From: Octopus sinensis
Taxonomy: Eukaryota
Direction: 5' to 3'
NCBI RefSeq assembly: GCF_006345805.1
Contig: NC_043025.1
Coordinates: 11,718,001-11,782,000 of the forward strand
DNA length: 64,000 nucleotides
Below, piece by piece: positions 34,275-48,480 of the stretch. The notes below the pieces were generated by a model. It searched no databases and was not told the origin of the DNA. It saw only the letters and a program-made list of their open reading frames with translations. How positions within the stretch are numbered: position 1 is the stretch's first letter; each line of letters begins with the position of its first letter. The translations under genes and the position numbers were made by a program.

Positions 34275-36965
34275 GCACCTTTTCAAACACCACCCATCTA
34301 ACACACGTGGACATGTTTACAAAGTCAGAAAACAGCACAGCTCCTTCCATGGCTTTCGGAAACATTTTTTCACGCTTAGAGTTGCTGAAGCATGGAACAA
34401 ACTGCTGGCATCAGTTGTTAGTTGTCGGAGCACTGCATCCTTCAAAACTTCCATGCTTCCTGAGATTCACCAACACTACACCTGATCTTCTCCCCTCCAT
34501 ACACACACTGAAGCATGGAACAAACTGCCAGCATCAGTTGTTAGTTGTCGGAGCACTGCATCCTTCAAAACTTCCATGCTTCCTGAGATTCACCAACACT
34601 ACACCTGATTTTCTCCCCTCCATACACACGCTGAAGCATGGAACAAACTGCCAGCATCAGTTGTTAGTTGTCGGAGCACTGCATCCTTCAAAACTTCCAT
34701 GCTTCCTGAGATTCACCAACACTACACCTGATCTTCTCCCCTCCATACACACGCTGAAGCATGGAACAAACTGCCAGCATCAGTTGTTAGTTGTCGGAGC
34801 ACTGCATCCTTCAAAACTTCCATGCTTCCTGAGATTCACCAACACTACACCTGATCTTCTCCCCTCCATACACACGCTGAAGCATGGAACAAACTGCCAG
34901 CATCAGTTGTTAGTTGTCGGAGCACTGCATCCTTCAAAACTTCCATGCTTCCTGAGATTCACCAACACTACACCTGATTTTCTCCCCTCCATACACACGC
35001 TGAAGCATGGAACAAACTGCCGGCATCAGTTGTTAGTTGTCGGAGCACTGCATCCTTCAAACTTCCATGCTTCCTGAGATTCACCAACACTACACACCTG
35101 ATCTTCTCCCCTCCATACACACGCTGAAGCATGGAACAAACTGCCAGCATCAGTTTTTAGTTGTCGGATCACTGCATCCTTCAAAACTTCCATGCTTCCT
35201 GAGATTCACCAACACTACACCTGATTTTCTCCCCTCCATACACACGCTGAAGCATGGAACAACTGCTGGCATCAGTTTTTAGTTGTCGGAGCACTGCATC
35301 CTTCAAAACTCCATGCTTCCTGAGATTCACCAACACTACACCTGATTATCTCCCCTCCATACACACGCTGAAGCATGGAACAAACTGCCGGCATCAGTTG
35401 TTAGTTGTCGGAGCACTGCATCCTTCAAAACTTCCATGCTTCCTGAGATTCACCAACACTACACCTGATCTTCTCCCCTCCATACACACGCTGAAGCATG
35501 GAACAAACTGCTGGCATCAGTTGTTAGTTGTCGGAGCACTGCATCCTTCAAAACTTCCATGCTTCCTGAGATTCACCAACACTACACCTAATCATCTCCC
35601 CTCCATACACATGCTGAAGCATGGAACAAACTGCCAGCATCAGTTGTTAGTTGTCGGAGCACTGCATCCTTCAAAACTTCCATGCTTCCTGAGATTCACC
35701 AACACTACACCTAATCATCTCCCCTCCATACAAACGCTGAAGCATGGAACAAACTTCTGGCATCAGCTGTTAGTTGTCGGAGCACTGCATCCTTCAAAAC
35801 TTCCATGCTTCCTGAGATTCACCAACACTAACACCCTGATCTTCTCCCTCCAACACACGCTGAAGCATGGAACAAACTGCCAGCATCAGTTGTTAGTTGT
35901 CGGATCACCGCATCCTTCAAAACTTCCATGCTTCCTGAGATTCACCAACACTACACCTGATTCTTCTCTCCCCTCCATACACACGCTGAAGCATGGAACA
36001 AACTGCTGGCATCAGTTGTTAGTTGTCGGATCACTGCATCCTTCAAAACTTCCATGCTTCCTGAGATTCACCACACACTACACTGATCTTCTCCCCTCCA
36101 TACACACGCTGAAGCATGAGGAACAAACTGCTGGCATCAGTTGTTAGTTAGTTGTCGGATCATCCTGCTGCATCCTTCAAAACTGCTCCTGCACATTCGC
36201 ACAAACACTACACACCTGATTATCTCCCCTCCATACACACGCTGAAGCATGGAACAAACTGCTGGCATCAGTTGTTAGTTGTCGTTGATCAGGCATCCTT
36301 CAAAACTTCCATGGATCCATGCTTCCTATTCACACCACACACTGCACTCTTCTCCTCTCCCTCCATACACACGCTGAAGCATGGAACAAACTGCCAGCAT
36401 CAGTTGTTAGTTGTCGGAGCACTGCATCCTTCAAAACTTCCATGCTTCCTGAGATTCACCAACACTACACCTGATTATCTCCCCTCCATACACACGCTGA
36501 AGCATGAAACAAACTGCCGGCATCAGTTGTTAGTTGTCGGAGCACTGCATCCTTCAAAACTTCCATGCTTCCTGAGATTCACCAACACTACACCTGATCT
36601 TCTCCCCTCCATACACACGCTGAAGCATGGAACAAACTGCTGGCATCAGTTGTTAGTTGTCGGAGCACTGCATCCTTCAAAACTTCCATGCTTCCTGAGA
36701 TTCACCAACACTACACCTAATCATCTCCCCTCCATACACACGCTGAAGCATGGAACAAACTGCCGGCATCAGTTGTTGGTTGTCGGAGCACTGCATCCTT
36801 CAAAACTTCCATACTTCCTGAGATTCGCCAACACTACACCTGATTGTCTCCCCTCCATACACACACAAGCATGTATCTGACTCATGCATTGTTCACTTCC
36901 AAGACATTTGTACATTACTGCAGATGCTTTATATGCACTTTTGACAAGTTGTGGTGCACCTGAGC
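34275..36965 (+). repeat. CR1-like LINE 3' end expanded into a 123-bp x ~20 tandem array
   Basis: aagcatg anchor at 34388, 34511, 34634 and onward. The unit spans the ORF2 C-terminus (AEAWNKLPASVVSCRSTASFK) and the start of the 3' UTR. Non-repeated LINE sequence flanks both sides. Confidence 0.93.
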
Positions 36966-37901
36966 ACTTCAGTGGCCCATAAATTAACATGAAATTTTTG
37001 GGAAGGGTTTAATTTAAATCCCTTCAAAACAGAAGTTTGTTTCAGAGAATCAGGGGTGGTGGTCTTGGATGAGTTGATAGTATCAAATGGGCTCTCTCTT
37101 TCCTCAAACTTCTCTGAAATTCAATCCCATCCTGAAACCACAATCTCCGGTGCCATTCCCCAGTCCAATGCTTTCCGATTTAGACACAAGGATGACCAAT
37201 TACAGAGTCCAGCTCTTATCTGGAACTTTCATCTTAACCTGCTGAAAAGATGAAAGGTGAAGTTGATCTTGCAGGGATTTGAACTCAGAATGTAAACCGA
37301 TGGAACAAATACTGCAAAGCCATTTTCTTTGGTGTTCTATTAATTCTACCAGATTGCCAGTCACTGCCGCCTTCTGATTATTCTTAGAAATTATACTGAG
37401 CAGACACTGGAACTTGGAGCAGTCGTCCAACTTATTAGGTCCTGTCAAACTGCCAAATTCATGCCAGCATGGGAGATAGAAATTCAATAATAATAATAAT
37501 GATGATGATGAAAAGTAGAGTCAAAAACAAGGAATAAGAACTCTTGTTGATGGATTGAACTATTTTACAACTCACGGAACTTATTAGATGCTCCTCCCGA
37601 ATATTCTCTTTAGAGAATATTCACTGCAACCATGTTATATTACTGCAGCAACAAGGGTCTTCTTTCAGTACTTCTTGTAGGGGATTCCTAATCTAATAAG
37701 ATGTGACTATTTCAGCAACTAATATTCAAAAGTCAGAACTTTCTTGCAACAGAAAGACGACAACCGAGTGGCGTTGGGGTGTCTATATGCATACATATGT
37801 ACACCCGCATATACTATATATATATATATATACAAACATACATACATATATATATATATACAAACATACATACATACATATATATTATATATATATATAT
37901 A

Positions 37902-37937
<36 letters not shown>

Positions 37938-38494
37938 GATTCAGCTGAAGATTGCTTTACATTTTAAAACTGATGTAATACTTACATTGTTTAATAACAT
38001 GAAGTAGCATGAAACAATTGTACCACACTACCTTGGATATCCTTGTTGCTTATTTTGATTATATATACACACACATATATATATACACACATACATACAT
38101 ACATACACTGTATATATATACACACACATACATATATTCTTTTATATGTTACTGCCTTGAGGCTGTGACCATTCTGGGGCACCATATATATTACATTCGT
38201 TGTAGGACAAGATTTGGAGATGTGTGTGTGTGTATACATATACACACACACATACATATAGACATACATACAGACACACATACACACACTCTGTGTATAT
38301 ATAATATATATATATATTTCTTTACTACCCACAAGGGGCTAAACACAGTGGGGACAAACAAGGACAGACAAAGGGATTAAGTTGATTATATCGACCCCCA
38401 GTACATAACTGGTACTTTATTTATCGACCCGGAAAGGGTGAAAGGCAAAGTCGACCTCGGCGGAATTTGGAATATATAATATATATATATACTC

Positions 38495-39079
38495 TTACTC
38501 TTTTACTCTTTTACTTGTTTCAGTCATTTGACTGCAGCCATGCTGGAGTAGCGCCTTTTAGTCGAGCAAATCGACCCCGGGACTTAGTCTTTGTAAGCCC
38601 AGTACTTATTCTATCGGTCTCTTTTGCCGAACCGCTAAGTGACGGGGACGTAAACACACCAGCATCGGTTGTCAAGCAATGCTAGGGGGTCAAACACAGA
38701 CACACAAACACATACACACACACACACATATATATATATACATATATACGACAGGCTTCTTTCAGTTTCCGTCTACCAAATCCACTCACAAGGCATTGGT
38801 CAGCCCAAAGCTATAGTAGAAGACACTTGCCCAAGATGTCACGCAGTGGGACTGAACCCGGAACCATGTGGTTGGTAAGCAAGCTACTTACCACACAGCC
38901 ACTCCTATATATATATATATACAACGGGCTTCTTTTAGTTTCTGTCTACCAAATCCACCCACAAGGCTTTGGTTGGTCCGGGGCTATAGTAGAAGACACT
39001 TACCCAAGATGCCACGCAGTGGGACTGAACCTGGAACCATGTGGTTGGTTAGCAAGCTACTTACCACACAGCCACCCTC

Positions 39080-39131
<52 letters not shown>

Positions 39132-39136
39132 TATAG

Positions 39137-39197
<61 letters not shown>

Positions 39198-39350
39198 GGC
39201 TTCTTTTAGTTTCTGTCTACCAAATCCACTCACAAGGCTTTGATCGGCCCGAGGCTATAATAGAAGACACTTGTCCAAGGTGCCACGCAGTGGGACTGAA
39301 CCCGGAACCATGTGGTTGGTTAGCAAGCTACTTACCACACAGCCACTCCT
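38495..39350 (-). mobile_element. SINE family B with triplicated head half
   Basis: Family-B tail, then three head units separated by (TA)n. Confidence 0.87.
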
Positions 39351-39462
39351 GCACCTATATACATATATTACATTCATTGTAGGATAAGGTATGAAGATAT
39401 GTGTGTGTATGCACACGCACACAGTTACAAACAGCGATGGGAATGTAGAGTATGCGGATTTG

Positions 39463-39497
<35 letters not shown>

Positions 39498-39724
39498 ATA
39501 TGCACAAGCAGTGTCACAGACAGACAGACAGAGGTTGGCGGGTAAGATCAGATTTCAGGGTAGAAGTAAAGCAAATCTAATTACATTTTGACCTACATAC
39601 AGTGACACACAGACAGACAGACACACACACACACATACATACTGTATGTATCTCCATGCCACGACCACCACCACCAACATCACTGAAAAAAAGACAGAAC
39701 TATGTGTATGGTTGGATGAACTGA

Positions 39725-39932
39725 GAGAGAGTGTGTGTGTGTGTGTGTGTATATGTGTGTGGTGTGTGTCTGTGTGTGTGTGTGTGTCTGTGTGTGCGTG
39801 TATGTGTGTACGTGTGTGTGTGTGTGTGCTTGTGTGTGTGAGTGTGTTTGTGTGTGCGTGCGTGTGTGTGCGTGCCTGTATGTGTGTGTGTGCGTGTTTG
39901 TGTGTGTGTGTTTATGTGTGTGTGTGATCGTG

Positions 39933-39963
<31 letters not shown>

Positions 39964-40406
39964 TTATGTGTGTGTGTGATTGTGTGTGTGTGTATGCGTG
40001 TATGCGTGCGTGTGTGTGTGTGCGTGTATGTGTGTGTGTGTGTTTATGTGTGTGTGTGCTTGTGTGTGTGTGCGTGCGTGTATGCGTGTATGTGCATGTG
40101 TGTGTGTGTGTGTGTGAGGGTGGGGTGGAGAAGTGGGGAAGGGAAGGTAATACTTGAAAGGGATTAAGATTATTAATGCCATGCATGCTTGACATTCCTG
40201 AGATTATCTGTTGCAGGTGTCTGGGGTTAAGTGGGTTGGGGTGGGATTGGGGGTTGGGGGAAATCTCAGGTAGACAGACAGACAGACAGACAGATGGACA
40301 GCTGGGTAAGTAAATAGACGGGGGGGGGGCCGGGAAGCAGAGAGAGAGAGAGAGACTTGGATATCTAGACAGGCAAAGAGAGAAATAGACAGACAGACAG
40401 ACAGAC

Positions 40407-40461
<55 letters not shown>

Positions 40462-40466
40462 CAGAC

Positions 40467-40504
<38 letters not shown>

Positions 40505-40630
40505 GTAGATAGAAAGATAGATAGATAGATAGATAGAAAGATAGACAGACGGACGGACGGACGGACAGACAGATAGATAGACAGACAGAAAGCAGACAAT
40601 AAGACAGACGGACAGATAAACATAAATAGA
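39725..40630. repeat. (TG)n and (GATA/GACA)n microsatellites
   Basis: Directly visible. Confidence 0.95.
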
Positions 40631-41177
40631 CGGTCAGACAGACTGATAGACAAAGGGACTGTTAGACAAAGTGATGGACTGACGGACAGATAGAAAATGG
40701 AAAATTTCTCAAGGACGCCTTCTGCATTAAGAAAATACAGTGAGTTCAGGCTAACATAAGGTCGTCTTCTATCATTAACTGATAACTTGCTTAAGGTGTC
40801 ACGCAGTGGGAATGAACCCGGAACCATGTGGTTGGTAAGCAAGCTACTTACCACACAGCCACTCCTGCGCCTATGTATATAAACATATGAATTTACTTGG
40901 AAATGGGTGTGTAGTGTTTAATCACAGCATAATATAATAAATATATATGTGTGTGCATATATACTTTTACTTTTACTTCTTTCAGTCATTTGACTGCGGC
41001 CATGCTGGAGCACCGCCTTTAGTCGAGCAAATCGACCCCGGGACTTATTCATTGTTAGTCCAGTACTTATTCTATCGGTCTTTTTTGCCGAACCGCTAAG
41101 TGACGGGGACGTAAACACACGAGCATCGGTTGTCAAGCAATGCTAGGGGGACAAACACAGACATACAAACATACACG

Positions 41178-41209
<32 letters not shown>

Positions 41210-41429
41210 CATATATACGACGGGCTTCTTTCAGTTTCCGTCTACCAAATCCACTCACAAGGCTTTGGTTGGCCCGGGGCTATAGTAGAAGACACTTGCC
41301 CAAGGTGCCACGCAGTGGGACTGAACCCGGAACCATGTGGTTGGTTAGCAAGCTACTTACCACACAGCCACTCCATATGCATACATAAACTTAGATAAAC
41401 TTAGATATGTTTCGACCAAAGATTGGTCC

Positions 41430-42195
41430 AGGCCATGTCTAACTTAATAGCACCACCTGATAGGATTATCTGAATCCTGTTTAAGTCAAGTTTTGTTTAT
41501 GGTCCATTCAAGTAGTGAGTTTTTGTTGGGTGAGTTGTATCCAATTATGGGTGGCTTATCTGGTATTCTTTGAAGGAATCTATCCAGACTCCGTTTAAAG
41601 TTGATGGGATCCTTTTCCTCTTTGATCTCTTTCGGGACAATGTTAAATAGGGCAGGGCCTGTTGAGAAAAGAAATTATGTTGCAGTGTACATGTATGCTG
41701 TGATCTTGAATTGGGCAGGGGACGTATGGCCCGTGGTCCCAGTCTTGGATGAACCTTGAAGCTAATGTTCAGGTCGTTTGGGCAAAGTTGTCGGTATATT
41801 CTCCACATCGTGCAAATGATGTACCGCTCACGGCGACGCTGGAGAGATTAGAGTTTCAAGGCTTTAAGGCGATCCCAATAATCGAGAGCAGCCATGCCTT
41901 CAATTCGTTTAGTGAGTGCCCTCTGGGGTGACTCAATCCTGGAGATGTTTTGTCTTGTATGGGGAGACCACAGTGGGCAGCAGTATTCGAGGTGTGGCCA
42001 TACAAAGGAGGAGAAAAGTGGTATGATGACACCTTGTTCTCTGGACCGGAAAGTTCTTAAGATCCAGGAACTCATCCTACGAGCTATATCGACCTTCTTG
42101 TTGATGTGTGCACACCAACTGAGATTGTCATCAACAATTACACCCAGGTCTCTGATATTGTTAGAGGCTGTGAGCGGTTCCCCTGAAGGAAGAGA
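41430..42195 (-). mobile_element. LINE ORF2 3' fragment, second CR1/L2-group family
   Basis: IRDLGVIVDDNLSW...ILRTFRSR...HLEYCCPLWSP...YWDRLKALKL, and the C-terminal LQRIPDKPPIIGYNSPNKNSLLEW. Confidence 0.88.
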
Positions 42196-43539
42196 GTATG
42201 GCTGTTTTAGTATATACATGTGCATATATGGGTACAGGATGTCGTAAAATATAAACAACATGAAATACTAAAAAGAGTGGCTTTGTGGTAAGTAGCTTGC
42301 TTACCACCCGCATGGTTCCGGGTTCAGTCCCACTGCGTGGCACCTTGGGAAAGTGTCTTCTACTATAGCCACGGGCTGACCATTGCCTTGTGAGTGGATT
42401 TGGTACACGGAAACTGAAAGAAGCCTGTCATATATATATATGTATTAGGTGTAGGAGTGGCTGTGTGGTAAGTAGCTTGCTTACCAACCACATGGTTCCG
42501 GGTTCAGTCCCACTGCGTGGCACCTTGGGCAAGTGTCTTCTACTATAGCCTCGGGCTGACCATTGCCTTGTGAGTGGATTTGGTTGACGGAAACTGAGAG
42601 AAGCCCATCGTATATATGTATGTATGTGTGTGTTTGTGTTTGTCCCCGCAACATCGCTTGACAACCGATGCTGGTGTATTTACGTCCCCGTAACGTAGCT
42701 GTTCGGCAAGAAGAGACTGATAGAATAAGTACTAGGCTTACAAAGAATAAGCTCTGGGGTCGATTTGCTTGACTAAAGGCGGTGCTTCAGCATGGCCACA
42801 GTCAAAATGACTGAAACAAGTAAATGAGTTAAAAGAACACAAAAAACGAAAACCTGGAATACAAACAGGTTTTTGCGAGCAATCATTATCATCATCATCA
42901 TCTAGTCCGCCTTCCATGCTAGCATGGGTTGGGAAGCCGGAAGGCTGCACCAGGCTCCAGTCTGATCTGGCAATGTTTCTACGACTGGATGCCCTTCCTA
43001 ACGCCAACCACTCCGTGAGTGTAGTGGGTGCTTTTTACGTGCCAGGCGAGGCTGGCAAACGGCCACAGTCGGATGGCACTTTTTACGTGCCACTGGCACG
43101 GGGGCCAGGCAAGGATGGCAATGGCCACGATTGGATGGTGATTTTTACGTGCCACCGGCACGGAGGCCCATTGGGGCGGCGCTGGCAGCGGCCACGTTCG
43201 GATAGTTCGCTTACATGCCACCGGCACTGGTATCACAGCTATAATTTCCATTGAAGGAAATAAATAGAAAACAAGACAACCATCGTAAAGAACGACCCTT
43301 CATCAGTTGTCAGCTGTTTTATCTACTCCATCATCATCATCATCATCATTGTCAAACGTCTGCTTTCCATGCTAGCATGGGTTGGACGATTTTCACTGAG
43401 GACTGGCGAACCAGATGGCTGCACCAGGCTCCAATCTTGATCTGGCAGAGTTTCTACAGCTGGATGCCTTCCTAATGCCAACCCCTCTGAGAGTGTAGTG
43501 GGTGCTTTTTACCTGCCACCTTGTCCTTGTTTGTGTGAA

Positions 43540-43875
43540 GGCGCGTGGCTCAGTGGTTAGAGCGTCGAGCTTACAATCGTGAGGTTGTGAGCTCGAATCC
43601 CGGACCGGGCTGCGTGTTGTGTTCTTGAGCAAGACACTTTATTTCACGTTGCTCCAGTTCACTCAGCTGGAGAAAGGAGTTGCGACGTCACTGGTGCCAA
43701 GCTGTATCGACCTTTGTCTTTCCTTTGGATAACACTGGTGGTGTGGAGAGGGGAGGCTGGTATGCATGGGCGACTGCTGGTCTTCCATAAAACAACCTTG
43801 CCCAGAGTTGTGCCTCAGAGGGTAACTCTCGAGGTGCAAACCCATGGTCAGTGTCTGACCGAAGGGGGTCACCAT
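43540..43875 (+). mobile_element. tRNA-derived SINE family E
   Basis: ggcgcgtggctcagtggttagagcg...gagctcgaatcccgg head, followed by the cttgagcaagacactt core-like segment. Confidence 0.8.
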
Positions 43876-43939
43876 GTCCTTGTTTGTCCTCTCTGTGTTT
43901 AGCCCCTTGTAGGTAGTAAAGAAATAGGTTTTCAAGAGA

Positions 43940-45430
43940 TGGTCATCATCATCATTGTTCGACCGTGGTCAAGACAATGGAATTTACCATACTATGCCAG
44001 ACTTCACAGTCCATCATGGCATTACGGAGGTCCTGTTGCTGGATGCCTGTATCCCTGGAGATTACATCAGGGTAGGAGAGTGTGCGCCCTCTGGTGTTGC
44101 GAGTAGATGGCTTCCAGAGGAGAAGAGTAGAAATTACCTCTTTTTCAGCTCTACAACAATGTCCAGCAAACTGGACTCTCCTACCTTTCACAAGAGATGA
44201 CACAGGTGGTAATTTCCCATATATTTGTACTTTGTGGATGATGCTTCACGAGAGATTTTGAGCTCTCATAAGGAGGCGAGTGTGTAAGTTCCATCCAACG
44301 CCTCTCAAGCTTCTTGATAACGTCCAGGTTTCTGAGCCATATAGTAGAATTGGTTCGACTGTGGCTTTGAAGATTTCAAGTTTGAAGTCTCAACAACCCT
44401 GCAACCTATGGCTCTGAGATGATACTGGTGGTAGTTTCCCATATACTTGCATTTTGGTTGGATGGCGCTTCCACGAGAGATTTTGAGCTCTCATAAGGAG
44501 GCGAGTGTAGGTTCCATCCAACCGCCTCTCAAGCTTCTTTGAGAACATCCAGGTTTCTGAGCCATAGAGTAGAATTGGTTCGACTGTGGCTTTGAAGATT
44601 TTAAGTTTGAAATCTCAACAACCCTGCAACCTATGGCTCTGAGATGATACTGGTGGTAGTTTTCCATATATTTGTACTTGGTTGGATGACGCTTCCACAG
44701 AGATGTGAGCTCTTCATAAGGAGGCGAGTGTAGGTCCATCAACCGCCTCTCAAGCTTCTTTGATAACGTCAGGTTTCTGAGCCATAGAGTAGAATTGGTT
44801 CGACTGTGGCTTGGAAGATTTTAGTTTGAAATCTCAATAACCCTGCAACCTATGGCTTGAGATGATACTGGTGGTAGTTTCCACTTATTTGCATTTTGGT
44901 TGGATGGTGCTTCCACAGAGATTTTGAGCTCTCATAAGGAGGCGAGTGTAGGTTCCATCCCACTCTCAAGCTTCTTGATAACGTCCAGGTTTCTGAGCCA
45001 TAGAGTAGAATTGGTTTGACTGTGGCTTTGAAGATTTTAAGTTTGAAATCACAACAACCCTGCAACCTATGGCTGACATGATACTGGTGGTAGTTTCCCA
45101 TATATTTGTACTTTGGTTGGATGGCGCTTCCACAAGAGATTTTGAGCTCTCATAAGGAGGCGAGTGTAGGTTCCATCCAACCGCCTCTCAAGCTTCTTTG
45201 ATAACGTCCAGGTTTCTGAGCCATAGAGTAGAATTGGTTCGACTGTGGCTTTGAAGATTTTAAGTTTGAAATCTCAATAACCCTGCAACCTATGGCTCTG
45301 AGATGATACTGGTGGTAGTTTCCCATATATTTGCATTTTGGTTGGATGGTGCTTCCACCAGAGATTTTGAGCTCTCATAAGGAGGCGAGTGTAAGTTCCA
45401 TCCAACCGCCTCTCAAGCTTCTTTGAGAAG
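43940..45430 (-). mobile_element. RTE-clade LINE 3' fragment with an internal ~220-bp x ~5.5 tandem expansion
   Basis: KIFKATVEPILLYGSETWTL...LDGTYTRLL and RRVQFAGHCCR...GRTLSYPD motifs, with a (GAT)n tail at ~43945. Confidence 0.88.
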
Positions 45431-45764
45431 AGATGGTGAGAAGGCAAACACAGGCAAAAAGACACATACATATATGTGAAGGGCTTCTTTCAGTTTCCGT
45501 CTAGCAAATCCCCTCAAAAGGCTTTTGCCAACCCGAGACACTTGCACAAGGTGTCAGACAGTGGGACTGAACCCGGAAGTATGTGGTTGGGAAACTAGCT
45601 TCTTATCATACAGCCATGCTTGCGCCCATACCATTATGTTTGAATAGAAGGTTGGATGGTAATGAATGAAACGTGTTTGATCATAGCCCTGTGAGATAAA
45701 GGAGGACCTCGAGCTAAACAACAGCGCAGTAAGAAGGGCCACATGCACACACACACACAGAGTT

Positions 45765-46620
45765 TTAACAAGAGGGCTTTTGCATGGCTACCTGACTTGC
45801 TAGAAATAGCAGTCAAGTCTCACTCCCAGATACTATATGTGAAAACGGTTTAACAAGAGGGCTTTTGCATAGCTACCTGACTTGCTAGAAATAGCAGTCA
45901 AGTCTCACTTCAAGTGATATATTTCTTATAGTCAGATAAAAGAAGGACAAGTTGAAATGTAGTCCCAGATACTATATGTGAAAACAGAGGGCTTTTGCAT
46001 GGCTACCTGACTTGCTAGAAATAGCAGTCAAGTCTCACTCCCAGATACTATAAGTGAAAACAGTTTTAACATGAGGGCTTTTGCATGGCTACCTGACTTG
46101 CTAGAAATAGCAGTCAAGTCTCACTCCCAGATACTATATGTGAAAACGGTTTAACAAGAGGGCTTTTGCATAGCTACCTGACTTGCTAGAAATAGCAGTC
46201 AAGTCTCACTTCAAGTTATATTCTTACTGTCAGATAAAAAGAAGGACAAGTTAAAATGTAGTCCCAGATACTATATGTGAAAACAGAGCGCTTTTGCATG
46301 GCTACCTGACTTGCTAGAAATAGCAGTCAAGTCTCACTCCCAGATACTATAAGTGAAAACAGTTTTAACATGAGGGCTTTTGCATGGCTACCTGACTTGC
46401 TAGAAATAGCAGTCAAGTCTCACTCCCAGATACTTTATGTGAAAACAGTTTTAACAAGAGGGCTTTTGCATGGCTACCTGAGCTGCTAGAAATAGCAGTG
46501 AAGTCACACTCCCAGATACTATATGTGAAAACAGTTTAACAAGAGGGCTTTTGCATGGCTACCTGAGCTGCTAGAAATAGCAGTCAAGTCTCACTCCCAG
46601 ATACTATATGTGAAAACAAG
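45765..46620. repeat. ~85-bp minisatellite with ~300-bp higher-order structure
   Basis: Unit spacings of about 85, 130, 86, 85, 128, 86, 86 and 84 bp, with variants recurring every third unit. Confidence 0.88.
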
Positions 46621-46943
46621 AAGGGGTGGCCATGACTGGAGAAAAAGTAGCGGGGGGGGGGAGTTAAAACCTGAAATACTGAAAGACAGGTGTGTGATGG
46701 AAGTAAGAGAGAGGAGAAGGAAGAGGTGATAGCATGGTAGTGGTGGTGGAGGTGTACTTGTTGGTGTGGTTGTTGTTGTTGTTTTTGGTGGTGGAGTGCA
46801 GAAGGTGATATGCACCCTTTTGCCCTCCCAGATTGAAAGGTAGAGTGGCAAGGAGGCTGGGGAAGGGGGAGTCACAGGAGCCCGAGTCATGCAGAGTTCA
46901 AGTATAATAGACAATCATATACGTACATATATATATATGTGTG

Positions 46944-46974
<31 letters not shown>

Positions 46975-46985
46975 ACATATATATG

Positions 46986-47016
<31 letters not shown>

Positions 47017-47151
47017 TTGTACATTATATGTATAGATATATATAGATGTGTATATCGATATATAGATGTAATATATATATATATATGTGTATATAAATAC
47101 ATATCCACTATATATATTACATATAAACATATATAAATATAATATATATTA

Positions 47152-47182
<31 letters not shown>

Positions 47183-47186
47183 ATAT

Positions 47187-47229
<43 letters not shown>

Positions 47230-47320
47230 CTTTATACCCACAAGGAGCTAACACAGAGGGGACAAACAAGGACAGAAAAGAGATTAAGTCGATACATCGA
47301 CCCCAGTGCAAAACTGGTAC

Positions 47321-47353
<33 letters not shown>

Positions 47354-47472
47354 ACATACACATACACACACACACACACACATATATATACACACATTCA
47401 CACAAAAACATGCACACACATGAGTATTCACAAATAAGTTTGTATATACATACACATGTTGTTGTATACATA

Positions 47473-47580
<108 letters not shown>

Positions 47581-48183
47581 CTACACACACACACACACCA
47601 CACTAACACAATTATAATTAGGGGTTGCTGCGCACTTATTGAGCTCAATTTTGAATGGAACCCTTTTTCGCTTACAATTATCAGCTGATAATTATGCTTC
47701 ATAATCATAAACAGTTTTCAGTATATATATACACATTAACATATAACATAATATATAAACATACATGACATATATGAGTGTATATATATGTAATATATAT
47801 GTATGTATGTATATATATAATATACATGTGTATATTATCATCAACATCAATGGAATTTGTAGTTGTGGTACCAGTGCCGGTGGCACGTAAGAGAGCCATC
47901 CGAACGTGGCCGTAGCCAGCACCGCATCGACTGGCCTCCGTGCCAGTGGGACGTAAATAGCACCAACCGATTGTGGCCGTTCGCCAGCCCCGTCTGGTAC
48001 CTGTGTCGGTGGCACGTAAAAAGCACCCAGTACACTCACGGAGTGGTTGGCGTTAGGAAGGGCATCCAGCTGTAGAAACACTGCCAGATCTGACTGGAGC
48101 CTGGTGCAGCCTTCTGGCTTCCCAGACCCCAGTTGAACCGTCCAAGCCATGATAGCATGGAAAGCGGACGTTAAACGATGATG

Positions 48184-48225
<42 letters not shown>

Positions 48226-48227
<2 letters not shown>

Positions 48228-48445
48228 CTTTTACTCTTTTACTTGTTTTCAGTCATTTGACTGCGGCCATGCTGGAGCACCGCCTTTAGTTGAGCAAATC
48301 GACCCCGGGACTTATTCTTTGTAAGCCCAGTACTTATTCTATCAATCTCTTTTGCCGATCAGCTAAGTGACGGGGATGTAAACACACCAGCATCGGTTGT
48401 CAAGCAATGCTAGGGAGACAAACACAGACACACAAACACACACAC

Positions 48446-48480
<35 letters not shown>

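Noticed and set aside
34259-36880. Three 240-300-aa ORFs with 41-aa repeats, as a repeat-protein gene
   Set aside because: They are a shifted frame of a tandemly amplified LINE 3' end, with no start or splice context, and are broken by indels.
37575-37690. Possible extra Dok exon on the minus strand (good gtgagt donor)
   Set aside because: All frames hit stops, and exon 1 joins exon 2 directly with the expected PH alignment. The segment contains only a small palindrome (gaatattctctttagagaatattc).
43540-43615. tRNA genes at the SINE heads (also 29420-29490, 51410-51495, 61078-61150)
   Set aside because: A/B boxes are present, but the acceptor stem does not close cleanly and each continues into a repeat body.
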